Assembly (NCBI GenBank): GCA_038890615.1 | Contig: JAWAFI010000001.1 | Coordinates: forward strand, 432,843-496,842 | Source of the DNA: Candidatus Anstonellales archaeon | GTDB taxonomy: Archaea > Micrarchaeota > Micrarchaeia > Anstonellales > J096 | DNA length: 64,000 nt | Reading direction: 5' to 3' | Shown: piece after piece, positions 61,732 through 64,000 of the stretch | How the letters are laid out: every line of letters starts with the position of its first letter | How positions within the stretch are numbered: the stretch's first letter is position 1 | Notes under the pieces: generated by a model | The model's input: only the letters and a program-made list of their open reading frames with translations | Databases searched by the model: none | What the model was told of the DNA's origin: nothing | Made by a program: the position numbers and the translations under genes

Positions 61732-64000
61732 ATCTCTGGCTTCCCGGGTATTGCCTTGCCGCTGTCCTTCCCGAGCTTGACTTTGCAGCCGAACTCCTTT
61801 TTCAGCAGAGGAATGGCGCTCTTTATCAGCTCTTCTTCCTCTTCTTTTGTTGCCCTTGTGGGGCTCCTTGCTATCCGTTGGGCGATTTTGGCATCCTCAA
61901 TCTTAACCTCCCCCATTGCCTTCATCCCCTTCTCAGCTGCAAGGTTGGCAAGCTGCCTTTTCCATCCCCCTGCAACTCCAAGCCTTATTAGCGCTGGCTT
62001 CTTCCCTGTTATCTCAATTACTTTCTGCACATCCTTTAAGAGCTCTTTTATTGCCTCTTCGTTTTCAATTGCCTTCTGGTCAACCTCTTCTGCATTGGGC
62101 CAAGTTGCGGAGCAAACTGATGCCCCTTTCACAATACCTTTCTTGCGCAGGTTGGCCCATACAATCTCAGCAGTGAACGGCGCAAATGGGCTTATGGCAA
62201 CGCTCCATTTAGCCAGAAATTCTCCTAAGTTGGGCTTCTTCTTCCTCCTCTCATACCACCTCAGCTCGCTGTAAACCTCGTAGAAAAGCTTCTGGAGGGC
62301 ATCCCTGTATTCAAAGGATTCCATGTTTTTCTCTGCCCCTGCAATAGCCCTGTTAAGCACGCTGTATATATACCTGTCAATGCTGTCCTTTTCTGAAACC
62401 CGCGCTTTTTTGCTTAGCTTTATGAAGTAAGAAAGCCTTTCCTTTATGCCTGCTGCATCAGGCCCGCTGAAGTTTGCGTCATCCTCAAGAGTTGCGCTGC
62501 CAACTGCAGCTATCCTTATGCTGTCAGCGCCGTATCCCTTTACAGCCTTCCTTAAAGGCAGTATGTTGCCTAAGCTCTTGCTCATCTTCTTGCCATCCAT
62601 TAGCACAAAGCCATTGCTTACAATCTGCTTTGGCCAGTGCTCCTTCCCAAAGACTGCAACATGGTTGAATACAAAGAAAGGCAGGTGGTTCATTAATAGG
62701 TCTGAGGCGCTGTGCCTTGAGTCAACAGGGTACCAATAAAGGAATTCCTTCCTCATCCCTTCCCACCCTGGCTTCCCTTCTCCCTTGCCTAGCATTACAT
62801 AGTCAAAAAGCTGGTCGTCCACTTCCTTAAGGTCAATATCTTTTATCAGATGGGCTATTGTGTAGTAAGCCATGTATATTGTTGAATCAGAAAGGGCGTC
62901 AATCATCTTCTTCCTGTCGAATATGAAGCGCGTTCCCAACCCGCTGCTCCTTGTTACTGGCTTTTCCCTAAGCCAATCTATTGCGTATTCCATCCTTTTC
63001 CTTGCATTTTCAGGCACAACCCTCATCTCTGCAAAGCACTCCTTTGCTGCCTTTTTCCATTCAGGGTTGGCATAATCTATGAACCACTGGTCCTCAAATA
63101 CCTTTACTATTGCCTTTTCCCCGCACCTGCATTGCACAGGAGAGGCAAGCACATACGCCTTGAGCGCCTTGCCTTCATTGAGAAGCTTATCCTTTACATA
63201 ATCCCTTGCCTCCTCAACAGGCATACCTTCCATCCCTTTCACTAACATCTTTCCCTGCTTCAGCTCCTTCATATAAACCTCTTTTGTAAGTGCCTCAAGC
63301 CTTTCATCTGCGCTTGATGCTATCCCCTGCCTTCCCACTTCCTTTGCGCAGTCAATAGGGCTTTCTATTATCTTTATTGGCTCAATCCCAAGCCCTGCTT
63401 CCTTGAGCGCTGCATAGTCATATGGCGCATGGGCAGGCACGCTCATCACTGCTCCAGTGCCCCACTCAGGGTCTACAAAAGGCGCGCTGAAAGCCCTTAC
63501 AATGTTGCCAAGAGGGCTCCTGAACTCCTGCTCTACAAGCTCCTTTCCGCTAACCTTCCCGACAACTTTAACCTCAAGCTGGCCCTCAAGGTTCTTCACT
63601 GCTTTCTCCGCAACTATATACTTCTTCCCATTGACCTCAACAACAGCGTAATCCTCTGCTTCCTTTACCCAGAGGTTTGTAACCCCGTAAATGGTTTCAG
63701 GCCTGTACGTTGATGCAAGCAAAGCCCCTTGCTTTGTTTCAAAGCTAATGAGCACAACCTCTTCCAGCTCTGGGTCAACATCCCCCTTTGTGTCATGTGC
63801 GCTTAGCACATTCCTGTCCTTTGGGCAGTAGGCAAGGGGGTATTTCCCTTTCTTAAGGTAGCCCTTCTCAGCAAGCTTCCTGAACTGCCATTCTATAAAC
63901 CTGTTGAACCTCTTGTCAGATGTGTAGAACTTTCTCCTCCAGTCTATGCTGTATCCTATCTCATGCATTCCTTTCTCTATCTCCTTTGAGAAATACTTGA
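61719..64000 (-). CDS. leuS: leucyl-tRNA synthetase (5' end outside window)
   Basis: SIDWRR, STYRPET.YGVTN, GTGAVMSVPAHAPYD, KMSKSLGN, AIPGKP. Confidence 0.96.
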   Translation of the reverse strand, partial: KYFSKEIEKGMHEIGYSIDWRRKFYTSDKRFNRFIEWQFRKLAEKGYLKKGKYPLAYCPKDRNVLSAHDTKGDVDPELEEVVLISFETKQGALLASTYRPETIYGVTNLWVKEAEDYAVVEVNGKKYIVAEKAVKNLEGQLEVKVVGKVSGKELVEQEFRSPLGNIVRAFSAPFVDPEWGTGAVMSVPAHAPYDYAALKEAGLGIEPIKIIESPIDCAKEVGRQGIASSADERLEALTKEVYMKELKQGKMLVKGMEGMPVEEARDYVKDKLLNEGKALKAYVLASPVQCRCGEKAIVKVFEDQWFIDYANPEWKKAAKECFAEMRVVPENARKRMEYAIDWLREKPVTRSSGLGTRFIFDRKKMIDALSDSTIYMAYYTIAHLIKDIDLKEVDDQLFDYVMLGKGEGKPGWEGMRKEFLYWYPVDSRHSASDLLMNHLPFFVFNHVAVFGKEHWPKQIVSNGFVLMDGKKMSKSLGNILPLRKAVKGYGADSIRIAAVGSATLEDDANFSGPDAAGIKERLSYFIKLSKKARVSEKDSIDRYIYSVLNRAIAGAEKNMESFEYRDALQKLFYEVYSELRWYERRKKKPNLGEFLAKWSVAISPFAPFTAEIVWANLRKKGIVKGASVCSATWPNAEEVDQKAIENEEAIKELLKDVQKVIEITGKKPALIRLGVAGGWKRQLANLAAEKGMKAMGEVKIEDAKIAQRIARSPTRATKEEEEELIKSAIPLLKKEFGCKVKLGKDSGKAIPGKPEIWIE

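Noticed and set aside
1..64000. CRISPR arrays, IS elements, integrases, rRNA genes, inteins, tRNA introns
   Set aside because: No repeat-spacer arrays, transposase or recombinase motifs seen by eye; the short 16S-like words at 46029-46063 are sRNA guides; MCM length is normal and the tRNAs are uninterrupted.

Overview
Gene-dense archaeal chromosome segment. Archaeal origin is shown by aIF2beta, aIF1A, RIO1, MCM, proteasome beta, aCPSF1, eS1/eS28/eL24/L7Ae, archaeal ThrRS, AglB, an S-layer gene and TATA-type promoters. Streamlined intergenic regions, a tandem Lrp fusion and many ORFans suggest a DPANN lineage such as Micrarchaeota; this assignment is inference only. Most of the window is housekeeping: translation, FtsZ/SepF/PRC-barrel division genes, nucleotide salvage and an N-glycosylation cluster. 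RNA genes read from the sequence are tRNA-Asp(GTC), tRNA-Glu(CTC), tRNA-Val(TAC), a compact RNase P RNA lacking P8/P16/P17, and a box C/D guide sRNA directly upstream of mcm whose two guides match both strands of the 16S decoding site. Main highlights: (1) an apparently intact GAF-like/GGDEF diguanylate cyclase in an archaeon, in an ORFan island with a PvcA/Dit1-like enzyme; (2) the C/D sRNA-mcm unit; (3) a permuted uL1-binding-site-like hairpin over the rpl1 SD; (4) a pseudoknot-like 5' leader on the S-layer gene; (5) a methyltransferase split at an A7 run; (6) a secreted protein with a TGA inside its signal peptide; (7) a squalene/phytoene synthase. All protein calls come from motif recognition by eye, not database searches.
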